Below, piece after piece: positions 1 through 12,139 of a stretch of 64,000 nt of DNA (position 1 is the first letter of the stretch; the number at the start of each line of letters is the position of its first letter). The stretch is from assembly GCF_026210795.1 (NCBI RefSeq), contig NC_089431.1, positions 3,906,001 through 3,970,000 on the forward strand, in the 5' to 3' direction. The translations under genes were made by a program, and so were the position numbers. The stretch is from Rhizophagus irregularis (taxonomy: Eukaryota). The notes below the pieces were generated by a model. The model did no database searches and had not been told where the DNA came from. It saw only the letters and a list, made by a program, of their open reading frames with translations.

Positions 1-915
1 ACAAATTTATACGTCACTCCGTTATCATAGTAGATGACATAATGAGAAGTTGTCATAAATCTACTTCTAATTTTGATTAAAAATGTATCTAATAATATAT
101 TATTTAAATCAATCAATCAATTAATTTTCGCAGAAAAAAGCAGTTATAATTAAAAATAATGTTGACTTTAATCGAGCATGCATTTAGATTCTTTATTCAA
201 GTCTTTAGGTTCGTTGGCTTGGGCGCTTGGGCGCTTGGCTACTGAGCCAGAAAGAAATACGGCAAAAATTCATTACTTGTGACTATAAAATAAATTTACG
301 ATAAGATGATGTCGAATACTAAATGACAATTGGCTTAAACTATTTAGACCAAATTGTATCAATGAATAAGATCATTCACATTTTTCGAAAACAAACAAAC
401 TTTGATTATGTAAATCGATTACGTAATTTACTTTTGTAAAATCATCGATATTTTTTTTTTAAAAAAAATAAAAAATCCAAAATGAATTACAAGTTATTAG
501 TATGGGAGATTTCATCTACTAGCGTAATGGTCCATTTCCATCACTTGTTCCTAACGCATCTATTCCCTTAATATAAACTTAAAAGAGTATTGCTAATGCT
601 GGTACTGTGACCATAACCGCCGGTGAGCTTTAGCAATTTTCAACTTAAAAATTGTGTGAAACAACAAAAGAAAAGGTTATTAAGTTTAAACATAATTCCT
701 ATAAGATTGGTAGTCTTGATTGCACGTTTTTTGATAAGCTATTGTACTCTGTACATGCTTATTCGATATATTATATAATTTTTAAACCCATTATTTTATT
801 TACACAGCCGTCAAGATTTCTTTTACAATCATTCATATATAACTTTAGTAATATATTTGAAAAGGTAACATTTTATTTATTACGTAAAATTAAAAAAAAA
901 CACATAAAATAATTA

Positions 916-2395
916 TCACTTTATAATTTGAAAGACTTCAAATTCTTCTACAGAAAATGTATTTTCAGTGTTTCTGATTTGCTTTTCATAAGACCTTTTT
1001 TGACAATGACTACTATTATAAAAATTATATCCCCACATAACAAGGTCGTCATAAAAGTACGCACCACAATCACTCGCACTACATATGGCTTTACTTTCAT
1101 TCTTTACACGACTTAAAATATGTTTTTCAATATTATCACCATTTTCAAAAGAGAATATAAAACTATCCTTAGTAACACCAAAATTATTATTGGACTTCCA
1201 TTCAATCGGATTATATCCTCCCAGAATTTCGTTACTATTGTTCACTTTAATCACTGTCACAGTACGAGACTGTTTATCACAAATCTCATGGAATTTACTA
1301 GGTGTAAACCCATCACGAGATCCACGAAGTATTAATTTGAATTCATATGAAGCATTCAGTTTATCTGTAATGTCTAATTTATCAATCCATTTCGAGATTA
1401 GTTCAGCATGTTGAAATGTGATGATTTTTGAATCAACATTTTTTTGTTTATGAAAATTACGAGGTTTCGACTTATCAATAGGCTTGCTTTCAGGATGTAA
1501 GTTTAAAAATGTTTTCAATAAATCCACATATAATTCCTCAGGTAGAATTTCCCTATAAGGTATCACTGTATCTGAAATTTCTTTAGAAGTTAGATTATAG
1601 AATCTAATAAAAGGGATACAATGTTGTAAAGTACTTTTTAATACATTGAAATCATCCTTTGATAAACTTGCAGGATCTGAAGAAAGTTCCGGATTTTGAG
1701 TATGTCCCCATTTAAGAACATTTTCCCAAACTTGAGCCTCGCTCATTTGAAGATTGTCATTTTGAATGAGAGAAATCAAAATTTTTTCTGAAATTGAAGA
1801 GTAATTTGATGAGTTAAATATCTTTTCCGGTTCTTTGGATATTAAATCGGTACAATATTTTTGAAGTTCCAAGAAAGAATTATTTTCAAAACTCATTTGA
1901 TAAATAAAATCAAAATTTTGCTCAATCCAGTTTGCATTATTTTCAATCAAAGATAGCTGCAAAGTTTCAACTAATTCTTGAAGATTAAGTTCATTAGCGG
2001 CAAACAAGATTTTAATGATATCTGAAGTATCATAGTTTCCTATAGAAAGACTTCCTCCATAAATATATCTGAAATTATAAATTATAAAGTATTTAAGTAT
2101 TTATAAGATAAAATAATAATTAAATTCTTATTTCCTACCTTAAGATTGCTTGAAAAATATCCGGTGAAATATTTGGCAATTTAATATGTACTAAAATTCC
2201 ATCATTCTTCTTTTTATTTGTTGATAAAATTCTTCGCAAATAAGGAGAACGATAGTTTAAAATAACCATATGAGCTCGAAATATTTTTACATTAGGGTCA
2301 TTACCAACTTCAATTGTAATATCATAATATTCTTCATCGTTTAAAATTTCAAGTAAATTTTGTGATAATTTTGACAAAAATTTATTTTCACCCAT
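916..2395 (-). CDS. BTB/POZ-BACK-TLDc protein, copy 1 (subtype A), 2 exons (2395-2139, 2068-916), ~469 aa
   Basis: Exon 1 has BTB motifs (DITIEVG, FRAHMVILNYRSPYL). GT-AG intron 2069-2138 restores R|YIYGG. BACK region (VWENVLKWG, IPFIRF) and TLDc motifs (LILRGSRDGF, FHEICD, ILGGYNP, SFIFSF, EEFEVFQ). Spliced length 1410 nt is in frame. Confidence 0.9.
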
Positions 2396-2454
2396 TATAA
2401 TTAATTTTTTCTTTTTTTTTATGAAAAAAAAAAAAAAGTTCACAAGGAGCTAAT

Positions 2455-2560
2455 CTCGTGATTGGCAACCCTTAAATATTTATTTCTGAATCGGGAAAAC
2501 AAGAATTGTAAATTATAATTCTGGTCGACAATTATATTACTATAGTTGGCAAAGAGAAAT
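2455..2560 (-). promoter_or_regulatory. Conserved upstream block of the BTB-TLDc genes
   Basis: GTGATTGG...TAAATATTT...TTCTGAATCGGGAAA.CAAGAATT...AATTCTGGTC recurs ~60-170 bp upstream of the ATG of copies 1-7 (also ~5304, 15378, 17292, 19591, 23098, 25305). It contains CCAAT and a TATA-like word on the gene strand. Function is inferred. Confidence 0.45.
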
Positions 2561-3745
2561 TAATATAATTCTTTGGTCTGGTGATTGTCAATAAACAATC
2601 GATACATTATTAAAGAGCTTTATTTGTTAATCTATCCACTCCACAAAATCCATGAAATTAATTTTATCCAATTTGGAGGTGAATCAATTCCTCCTGATAA
2701 ATCTCAAACCAAAGTTAAAAAAAAAATAATAATGAATTAATATAATCGAGAAAAGATCTCTCTTAATTAATGAAAATATAGCTAAAAGTTCTTGAGTAAT
2801 TTTAAAATTGCATTTATTACCTACAAATATTTAACTAGGAAAATATTAATTCGTATTTAATCCATCCATTCCTAGAATCTTCCGATCCGGTCATTCCGAT
2901 TATCCGAATAACGGATTATCCTCGGATATCCATCATGGCCGTCGTCCAATCCGTTAGTACCCATTTTCCGTATAAGAACTGGTTAAGTTGTTACTGCTTA
3001 ATCATAATTATGTAGTCATAATTTATTATGATTGTAGCGTAGAGATGCGATCCGGATAGCCGTAGATAATCCGTCACAAATTTATACGTCACTCTGTTTT
3101 CATGGTAGATGATATAATCATAAATCTACTTCTAAAAAATTTTGGTGAGATGAATAACTAATTTTGATTAAAAATGTATCTAATAAATATATTAATCAAT
3201 CAATTAATTAATTAATTTTCGCAAGAAGAAAATTATTTTAATTACAATCATACATATGAATACGAACATTCACATTTTTCGAAAAAAACCAGTAACAAAC
3301 AACTTGATCATGTAAATCGATTACGTAGTAAAATCATCAACATTTTTTTTTTTTAAAAAAAAAGAAAATCCAAAAAATGAATTACAAGTTCTTCGTATGA
3401 GAGATTTCATCTACTAGCGTAATGGTCCATTTCCATCACTTGATCCTAACGTATCTATTCCCTTTAATATAAACTTAAAGAAAATTTGTGTGAAAAAACA
3501 AAAGAAAAGGTTATTAAATTTAAACATATTTCCTATAGGATTGATGGTCTTGATCGTACGTTTTTTTGATAAGCTATTGTACTCTGTACATGCTTATCCG
3601 ATATATGATATAATTTTTAAACCCATTTTTTTATTTACACAGCCGTCAATATTTCTTTACAATCATTCATATATAACTTTAGTAATATATTTGAAAAAAG
3701 TAACATTTTATTTATTATATTTGCAAAACATAACAGTTAGAATAA

Positions 3746-5228
3746 TTACCATTTTTTGATTTGAAAGACTTCAAATTCTTCTACAGAAAATTTTTTTTCA
3801 GTGTTTCTGATTTGTTTTTCATAAGAACTTTTTTGACAATAACTATCATCATAAAAATTACATCCATACATAACAAGGTCGTTATCAAAGTACGCACCGC
3901 AATCACTTGCATAACATATAGCTCCATCTTCATTCTTTACACGACTTAAAATATGTTTTTCAATATTATCAACATTTTCAAAAGAGAATATAAAACTATC
4001 CTTGGTACTCTTGGTAAGATAATAATCATCATACCAATCAATAGGATTATACCCTCCAAGAATTTCGTTACTATTTTTCACTTTAATTACTGTCACGGTA
4101 CGAGACTGATTATCACAAATCTCATGGAATTTATTAGGATCAAACCCATCACGAGATCCACGAAATATTAATTTAAATTTATATGATGTATTCAAATTAT
4201 CTGTAATATCTAATTCATCAATCCATTTCGAGATTAAATCAGCATGTTGAGATGTAATGATTTTTGAATCAACATTTTTTTGTTTATGAAAATTACGAGG
4301 TTTCGACTTATCAATAGGCTTGCTGTCAGGATGTAAGTTTAAAAATGTTTTCAATAAATCCACATATAATTCCTCGGGTAAAATTTCCCTATAAGGTATC
4401 ACTGTATCTGAAATTTCTTTAGAAGTTAGATTATAGAATCTAATAAAAGGAATATAATGTTGTAAAGTACTTTTTAATACATTGAAATCATCCTTTGATA
4501 AACTTGCAGGATCTGAAGAAAGTTCGGGATTTTGCGTATGTCCCCATTTAAGAACATTTTCCCAAACTTGAACTTCGCTCATTTGAAGATTGTCATTTTG
4601 AATGAGAGAAATCAAAATTTTTTCTGAAATTGAAGAGTTAAATATCTTTTCTGGTTCTTTGGACATTAAATCGGTACAATATTTTTGAAGTTCCAAGAAA
4701 GAATTATTTTCAATACTCGTTTGATAAATAAAATCAAAATTTTGCTCAATCCAGTTTGCATTATTTTCAATCACAGATAGCTGCAAAGTTTCAACTAATT
4801 CTTGAAGATTAAGTTCATTAGCGGCAAACAAGATTTTAATGATATCTGAAGTATCATATTTTTCTATAGAAAGACTTCCTCCGTAAATATATCTGAAATT
4901 ATAAATTATAAAGTATTAAAGTATTTATAAAATAAAATAATAATAATAATAATTAAATTCTTGATTCCTACCTTAAGATTTCTTGAAAAGTATCCGGTGA
5001 AATATTTGGCAATTTAATATGTACCAAAGTTCCATCACTCTTCTTTTTATTTGTTGACAAAATTCTTCGCAAATAAGGAGAACGATAGTTTAAAATAACC
5101 ATATGAGCTCGAAATGTTCTTACATTAGGATCATTACCAACTTCAATTGTAATATCATAATATTCTTCATCGTTCAAAATTTCAAGTAAATTTTGTGATA
5201 ATTTTGACAAAAATTTATTATCACCCAT
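3746..5228 (-). CDS. BTB/POZ-BACK-TLDc protein, copy 2 (subtype A), exons 5228-4972 and 4892-3746, ~467 aa
   Basis: Same motifs as copy 1; GT-AG intron 4893-4971; spliced length 1404 nt in frame. Confidence 0.9.
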
Positions 5229-5358
5229 TATAACTAATTTTTTTAATTTTTTTCTTTTTCTTTTTTTTTATGAGAAAAAAAAAATTCACACAGAGATAAT
5301 CTTGTGATTGGTAACCTTTAAATATTTATTTCTGAATCGGGAAAACAAGAATTATAAA

Positions 5359-5565
5359 TCATTTTCTGAGGACATTTACGGTTAGACTCTCTTCATGCAA
5401 GGTATGTCTGTCCGCACGCGTAATCCACCAATCATTTTTATTGTCGTGCTAACACGTTTTACTCCTTTTTTCGTTCGCTCCGTGTACGTTTAAATTTGCT
5501 TTGTTGTCTGTACTACTTACGATCCATCAGCGCTTCGGACATTCCAACGGTTTCCGTTCTCCTAG
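5359..5565 (+). mobile_element. ~207 bp GC-richer insertion with Helitron-like ends
   Basis: Absent from the duplicate unit (2505-2525 reads ATTGTAAA|TTATAATTCTGG). Reads A|TC...AACGG-TTT-CCGTT hairpin...CTAG|T. Other paralogs carry TCATTTT or CTAG-like words here, so the boundaries are uncertain. Confidence 0.45.
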
Positions 5566-6867
5566 TTATAATTCTGGTCGACAATCATATTAAATTACTA
5601 TAGTTGGCGAAGAGAAATTAATATAATTCTTTGATCCGGTGATTGTTAATAAAAGCACGATACAATCGATACATTCATTGTTAAGAAAAGAGCTTTGTTT
5701 ATTAATCTATCTGCTCCGCGAAATCCATGAAACTAATTTTATCCGATTTGAAAGTGAATTAATTCATTTTGATAAATCTAAAATAAAAGTAATAAAAAAT
5801 AATAATGAATTAATATAACCGAGAAAAGGGATCAAATTCTACTGTCATTGATATAATTAATATTTATTTACCGTTAACAATCATGCATGTATTACATTAC
5901 ACAGTATTCTCGCTCTCTTTGCTCTCTTTAATTAATAAGAAAAATATAGCTAGTAGTTCTTAATTCTAAATTGCATTTTTTTTTCCATGATATATATTTC
6001 AAAATGAAGACATTAATACATATTAACCTATTAAATTTCCATCCATTCCTAGAATCTTTAAAATTGTTGTTTTTGTTATAAAATGTAATAGCCGCCATCC
6101 AATTTGTTAGTATCCATTCTCCACGGTATCCAGATATCCATAAAAAAAACTGGATGAAAGGTAAACGGATTGGAATATTAATATTTTACCTAATAATAAT
6201 ATTTCAAAGGAAATTTCATATCTGTTTCTTTAATAAACAAAATTTTGTAACTAAACCTTTTAATAATAAATGCTAAAAATTTCTAATTTTCTGTCTCAGA
6301 GTCTCAGAGCAAATTAAAAGAAAAGCGATGACTCTATATTGAAAATCCCAAAAATGATAAGTAGCCTTAAAACAAAAAACCTCGCAATAAAATAAATGCA
6401 CTGTATTTTAAACAATTTATATACTGAGAAAAATAAAATTTTTTCAATGAGTAATTGGGAAATGGATTTTTATATAAAAAAAACTAAAATTATACCATGA
6501 ATATCTGCAAAAAACACGCTATAATCGTTACTTGTTCTTAAAATCACAAACTTTAGTTGAATAAGTTTTAAACAATACATAATAATTTAGTCCAAAACTC
6601 AAAGAAACAAGAATAAACAAGTGTTAAAGCATAATTGCTAGAGACAAAACACTTTGTATTTGTCATATTTTAAAAAAGTTTTTTTTTTTATTGTACTATT
6701 ATACGTTATTAAGAAAATAATGGTAATAAAAAATATTTAATATAAAAAAAATGTGTAAAAAAAAGAGTATAAAAGAAAAGGCCAAATGAAAGAGTAGCGT
6801 AAGAAAGAGCGAGCGTTTATTTCACAAATATGATGGTAAATAGTAAACAAATGAGACGTTCTTAACG

Positions 6868-7140
6868 TACAGTGGGTTGCCAAAAGTGACCAACCGCTTA
6901 AAAATTAATACAAATCAGTTATTTTCATTAAACAATTTTATTTTAAAGTATTTTTTTTATAAATATTAATTTTTAACGTAAAAAATAAAAATTTGACCTT
7001 TTAATCAGAGCAGCTAGAGCAAAATAGATGTCAAAAATCGATTCTTCAACTAAAAATTAGCTTAAGCCTATTTTAGCCAAAAAAAAACTATAATATCTCC
7101 TTTAAAAAAAAAATATTACAAACTGTAGCTCCGTAATGGT
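6868..7140 (+). mobile_element. Possible Tc1/mariner-type terminal fragment
   Basis: TA|CAGTGGGTTGCCAAAAGT start resembles Tc1-like TIR ends; no matching second TIR found in the window. Confidence 0.3.
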
Positions 7141-7296
7141 TCTTTATAATTAAAAATGAATCTGGCCAAATCATTATCATTCAGGCCGGGTCGTCGGGAC
7201 TCGGGACTTTACGATACTTATATATCAACATTAAATTTTTGTGTAACTCAAAATATCTTGTTTCCTTTATTTATTTGGTTTTTTTTTAAAAAAAAG

Positions 7297-8410
7297 ATGA
7301 AATCAATAAATCATTTGATGATTAAAATCTAGTCCCGTATCTATTTTTTTTATCCCATTTAATAATGAAAATATATGTAATTTCAAATATTCTGAAAAAT
7401 ATTATAAAAAGTTTATATCGGTATTATTATTATTTAATCTTGTGGAAACAAGAAATGCTTCTATATATAATTACTACTTGACGTATCAATAGGTATGTAT
7501 GTTATTCTTTCACATTTCCTGCGCTGAGATTGATGTGTAATCCTGAAAATAATATTTGTTGTTAAACAATATCTACATCTTGTGTAATTTATATAACAAT
7601 GTAAACCCCATCTTTGACAATCGGGTTTAAATTCTAACACTTTATTTACTATGGTGGGATGCTGCTGAAAGATGTATCGACTGTATCGTGTGTGATAAAG
7701 AATTGGAATGGGTACTTTAGTCAACACTGATTCTATCCATCCAGAAGATATTAAAAAACAAGAACATAACGTAAGTTTAATATTATATTTCGAAATTATC
7801 ATAAATTTTCCGCCATAAATTACAGTTTTTTTCGCGATCATCTTACTATTGGAGGTATCGTACGTAGTAAAGAATATTTTGATGGAATTATTTGTTTAAA
7901 ATACCATTTTTGTATATTTGACGTACTAAGTTCCACATTTTTAATCGCTTCACTTTTGTTATTTGTACTTATTTGTATAACTAAGTAATATTAACAAAGA
8001 TTATGAAAATTGTAATCCGTTGGTTAAGGGGGTTTGGTATTATTTATAAAGCAATTTGTTTAGATGTTAACTCTTAATATGATGATTTTCTAAGCATTAG
8101 AGAAAAAAATAAAACCGTGGCTATAATTAAACTCACAAAACATAAGCAAATATTTTTTAAGTGAGGTAAATAAAGTTATCACTTTTCCTTTACTTTGATA
8201 ATATTACATGTTTTTATTGATCTTAGTATACCTGATACGTTTTTTTTAGTTAAAACCACTTTATTAATGTTATAATAAATTCAATCATATAATTAGATAT
8301 TATGGTATTACAGGAGATCCTGAAACGAAGAAGCATCAGGTGGTGATTTACATGATTATTTACAAAAAATTTCGTTACTTGGAATAAAAAACTTTTTATC
8401 TATGGCAGTT
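7297..8410 (+). pseudogene. TKL kinase pseudogene (Cys-rich N-terminal subfamily) with an internally inverted segment ~7420-7995
   Basis: Plus strand reads LKSSPVSIFFIPFNNE (~7322-7370). Minus strand 7995-7420 reads ISSGWIESVLTKVPIPILY...CRYCLTTNIIF. Plus strand resumes with GGFGIIYKA, NISKYFLSE|GTAAAT, IIRYYGITGDPETK and GGDLHDYLQK. Many indels and stops. Confidence 0.75.
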
Positions 8411-8524
8411 CAGCTGGGTAAATATACAATTTTGCAAAATACAGTATAGTTATTTAATTTACACAGCAGAAATACATTGTTAGAAACTGAATCATCTGGA
8501 AAGTGAAAGATCGGAGATTTAGAC

Positions 8525-9633
8525 TAGTGCTTCGACCCGGATGAAAACCGTCATCCGGATTACACAAAAAAAAAATCCGGATTATATCCGGATTGACCCG
8601 GATTTTGAATCCGGATCAGATAATCCGGATAGAAACCGGAAACCGGATTGGATTTACAAATGATCGGCAATAATTCTGGCCAGAATTCATAACGCCGGCC
8701 AGAATTACAAATTGTGTAACATTAAATTTTCATGCCACTATGCTTAGCCGATAAAAAATTTTTTGCCCGGTGGCTAAACTATTTTCCCGGTGTCACGTGA
8801 TGTTAATTTCGGCCAGAATTACAAATTTGGCCAAAATTATCCAAGACCACGAAATTTACATAATTCCAATTTCATTAAATACTTTTCTTTAAAACAATTT
8901 CATATTATTTCAGCATTGTCTCAGACTATTGTTTAACATTTCTTTGTAAATTAACTAATTATGAAATTTTAAACAAGATATTTTTATATACAGCTAAAGA
9001 TTACTATAAATAGATGTGTTGGGTTAGTAAGGCAATTTTTTAAGGATTTGTTTCTTCTTTCAAAAATTAAAGAATCATTTGAATCAAATTATATAACACT
9101 AGTTTTAATTTTTAAAAAAAGTTGTTATAATTATATAAATTTATAATATTGAACAATTTTTCATTTAAAATAATAATTATTATTTTGTTATAACAAAAAT
9201 AATATAAAGTTTTTTTTTCTTTTGAACATTTGAATGTGAAATCTAAAATTATTTGTTATTTGTTAATGTATAAATTTGAATAAACAAATCTGATACAAAC
9301 TTCAATAAATAAATTATAATTGAAAAATCTTCTTAAACTTACTGTATTAAAAAGTTTAATATAACAAATATAAATTTAATAAATTTTAATAAAAAAATTG
9401 GTATTAGGCGCAAAAATAATTAGCCATAATATCATTTAGATATAGATCTTTATGGATCAGCAAAATTATTATTATTAATAAAAAAAAATAATAAAAATTT
9501 CATCCGGATTCCGGGTCAAACCGGATATTTTTCATCCGGTTTATAATCCGGATGAAAACCGTGAAAATCCGGATATCCGAAAAAAAAAAATCCGGATCAA
9601 TCCGGATTGATCCGGATACGGGTCGAGGCACTA
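8525..9633. mobile_element. Non-autonomous hAT-type DNA transposon (MITE), 1109 bp
   Basis: TIRs TAGTGCTTCGACCCG / CGGGTCGAGGCACTA (1 mismatch); perfect 8-bp TSD ATTTAGAC at 8517-8524 and 9634-9641; dense subterminal TCCGGA repeats at both ends; AT-rich non-coding interior. Confidence 0.92.
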
Positions 9634-9925
9634 ATTTAGACAACCCGTAAAAAGTACTTCGTTAATAATGAAATTTAGAATCATTATTTTTAGTATATAT
9701 CTCAAAAGAATACGAGTTTGACATAAATAATATTTAAAATATTTAGCATTTAAACATGTCATCGGATCAAAACTCAGATCTTCCGTGTTATATTAATAAT
9801 GGAGATGGGCGTTATGATATTTTTTTTTTATTTTTTTTTGTTAATTTACAATCCCTACCCTTTTTAGTAAAACGTCCTATTAAAGACAAACAATGAGATT
9901 AATTTATTTGTTTATTAAAATAACA

Positions 9926-10310
9926 ATGGAGAAATATGGGGGATAATATACCTAAAGAGATACTAGAAGGTTTGGGTCTATAAACGAATTAGAAAATTAT
10001 TTCAACGTGCGATCATATTATATAGAAGGTAAGGGTTTACGTACCGTGCACGTTACAAGAAGGACAGTAAGTTCATAAGAGAATATGCCAGTTATGTAAG
10101 CAGGTTACGACAAGAAGAGAATCCAGATGAATATGTAAGAAATACCGCCGTGATGTTATTTCTAAATGAGGATGCATATAACATTAGATACAGAAAATGG
10201 TATACTAATAAAAAAACCCTTCTCAAGAGTGTTGAAAATTTATACAAATTATACTACGAGTTATCGATAATGACATTAGTAAGGCTATAGAGGACGCGAT
10301 CAAAGCCAAG
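9926..10310 (+). pseudogene. Decayed hypothetical-protein gene
   Basis: Coding-like composition; fragments NIPKEILEG, ELENYFN, YKKDSKFIREYASYV, RKWYTNKKTLLKSVENLYKLYYEL interrupted by stops and frameshifts. Confidence 0.4.
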
Positions 10311-10552
10311 TTTCTCACTCACGTGATATCCTATCATTCTCTATTGCTCCGATCCAATTTAAATCCGGAGTAGCGATCAACAGCTCGGAATATTTTTGCA
10401 ACACGGTGCAGGAACAGTGTAACAATTGATTTCCTCACATATAGTACCACTTTGGTATTTTTTTTTTCCGCAAATAAAATTTTTTCACTCTTGTCCTCAC
10501 GTACGTTAGTTTAGCCAATAAAATTTCACAAAAAATTCTATTTAAACCGAAA

Positions 10553-11222
10553 ATGTCTATTACGTTACTCTGTCTCGTCAAAGGAAACACGACTGCAAAT
10601 GTTTTCTCAGTTAAAATTAGTAGGGACGAACTCAAAAAAAGTTATCAAGGCGGAAAAGGCACCAGAGTTCGACAATTTTCCTACAGAAAAGCTTAAGCTA
10701 TGGAAGGTAGAAATTCCTGACGATCGCGAAGATCTCTTGAGCAATCTCACATTACAAAACCAACCCGAACTACTTGCAACAAAAGAGATTTCGAAGTACT
10801 TCCCTGACTCACTGGCTGAAGAATGTATTCATGTTATCGTAAAATTGCCACGTAAGTGTCTGTTACAGTTCGTAATTTTTCGTCATTTGCCCTAACACAT
10901 TTTCGAGTTCTCAGTTTGGAAGAGGCGTTGTCGTGTATTCCACCACCCATAACATATTCTCCGAAATGCACTACATCAAAGACCACTACATAGGTCAATG
11001 GTGACCCACCAACAAGAGTGCTTCTATGGAGGGATTTTTTCGAGGAAGTGAACAGAGAATGGCATCCTTCACAATGACATTCGGGAGGAAAACATCCTAA
11101 TTAACGATAATGGCGAGATTGACTCCTGGATAGCAAGTCGGGCGGACACAAAAAAGAAGGGAAAGCTTTTTGAGGAGGAACGGCTCAAATATTCTAACTT
11201 GCTAGATAGATATAATGCGTAA
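10553..11222 (+). pseudogene. Crinkler (CRN) N-terminal domain fused to a kinase-like C-terminus; pseudogene with frameshift, nonsense codon and large internal deletion
   Basis: MSITLLCLVKGN...KKVIKAEKAPEFDNF..KLKLWKV (LFLAK-equivalent)...HVIVKLP (HVLV motif). Frameshift in the A7 run at ~10634; intron GTAAGT 10852 to ~10914; in-frame TAG at ~10991; then GILHNDIREENILI kinase catalytic loop; TAA at 11220-11222. Confidence 0.8.
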
Positions 11223-12139
11223 GAATTTATTATTTCACAATCTTGTACTGCGATTTCTCGTAATCCTAGTTTCTTATCATTAATAAACATGTATTTATAG
11301 GCATTTCGTAAAGGGCACGGAACAAATTTCCCAGTCACGTAAATGTCAGATGGTTAGTTAGACTGTAGGATTAATCATTGGTAGAAACTCCATCATTTAT
11401 CACGGGCTATGTCCTGAACTTTGAATTTATCTTTGCGTGTATTAATAAAAAATTTTTCTTGGCAAAAGTGATTTGTGATTATTATTTTGAATATTTAGTG
11501 TTATCAATCATGTCAAACGCTCATTTTCTGAAAATTATGGAGGTGATCAGCGCTTGTTAATTTAGACAAATATAAAATGATAGACGTTCAACATAAAGGT
11601 ATGACATAGGTAAAATCGAAAAAAAAACTGACCACTTGTCTATTTTCGTTTTATCAGTTTCAGGTTAAAATAGGTTAAATTGAAACCGGAGATTTGATAT
11701 TAATGCTCCATGGTTGTCTATTGCCGTATTGCGTCCTAGCAGTGACACGATTGACATGATAATCAGGAGAACGTCGGTAAATTGCGTTTATTATTTTTTA
11801 ACGATGGTATCATATTCTTTGATTGTTATGATAGTTATGTCTGCTAGTAAATAATCTTTTTTATTGTCTCTCAATAGTTTATTGTCTTTAACTTCGTACT
11901 AATTTATTGTCTTTACTGTCTTCTCTTCAACATACTTTTGATATTCAAGGAATAGCTTCAATGAAACTGGCCTATTTTTTCATGAAATAGCATAAGGAGC
12001 ATTATGGGATTATCTTATTCAATTATGGTTATGTGAAAATTGCCATGTCGGCATTCATACTAATTAATAAGAACGCCTTTTCGAAGAATATAAAAAGGTA
12101 ACGCTTACATATTTGTATCTTTTTCCACTTTACTCAACT

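Larger units (their letters stand above)
1..6150. repeat. Tandem segmental duplication of ~3.1 kb (unit 1 ~1-3075, unit 2 ~3076-6150), each unit carrying one BTB-TLDc gene
   Basis: ACAAATTTATACGTCACTC at 1 recurs at ~3076; intergenic blocks 480-890 vs 3377-3715 and 2510-2880 vs 5566-6058 align. Confidence 0.85.

Noticed and set aside
652..912. 86-aa ORF and its counterpart at 3490-3759
   Set aside because: Duplicated 3' flank of BTB genes; the reading frame is not preserved between the two copies.
5535..5562. Peptide GHSNGFRS resembling a ribosomal protein L21 N-terminus
   Set aside because: Only 8 residues with no start codon in context; likely chance.
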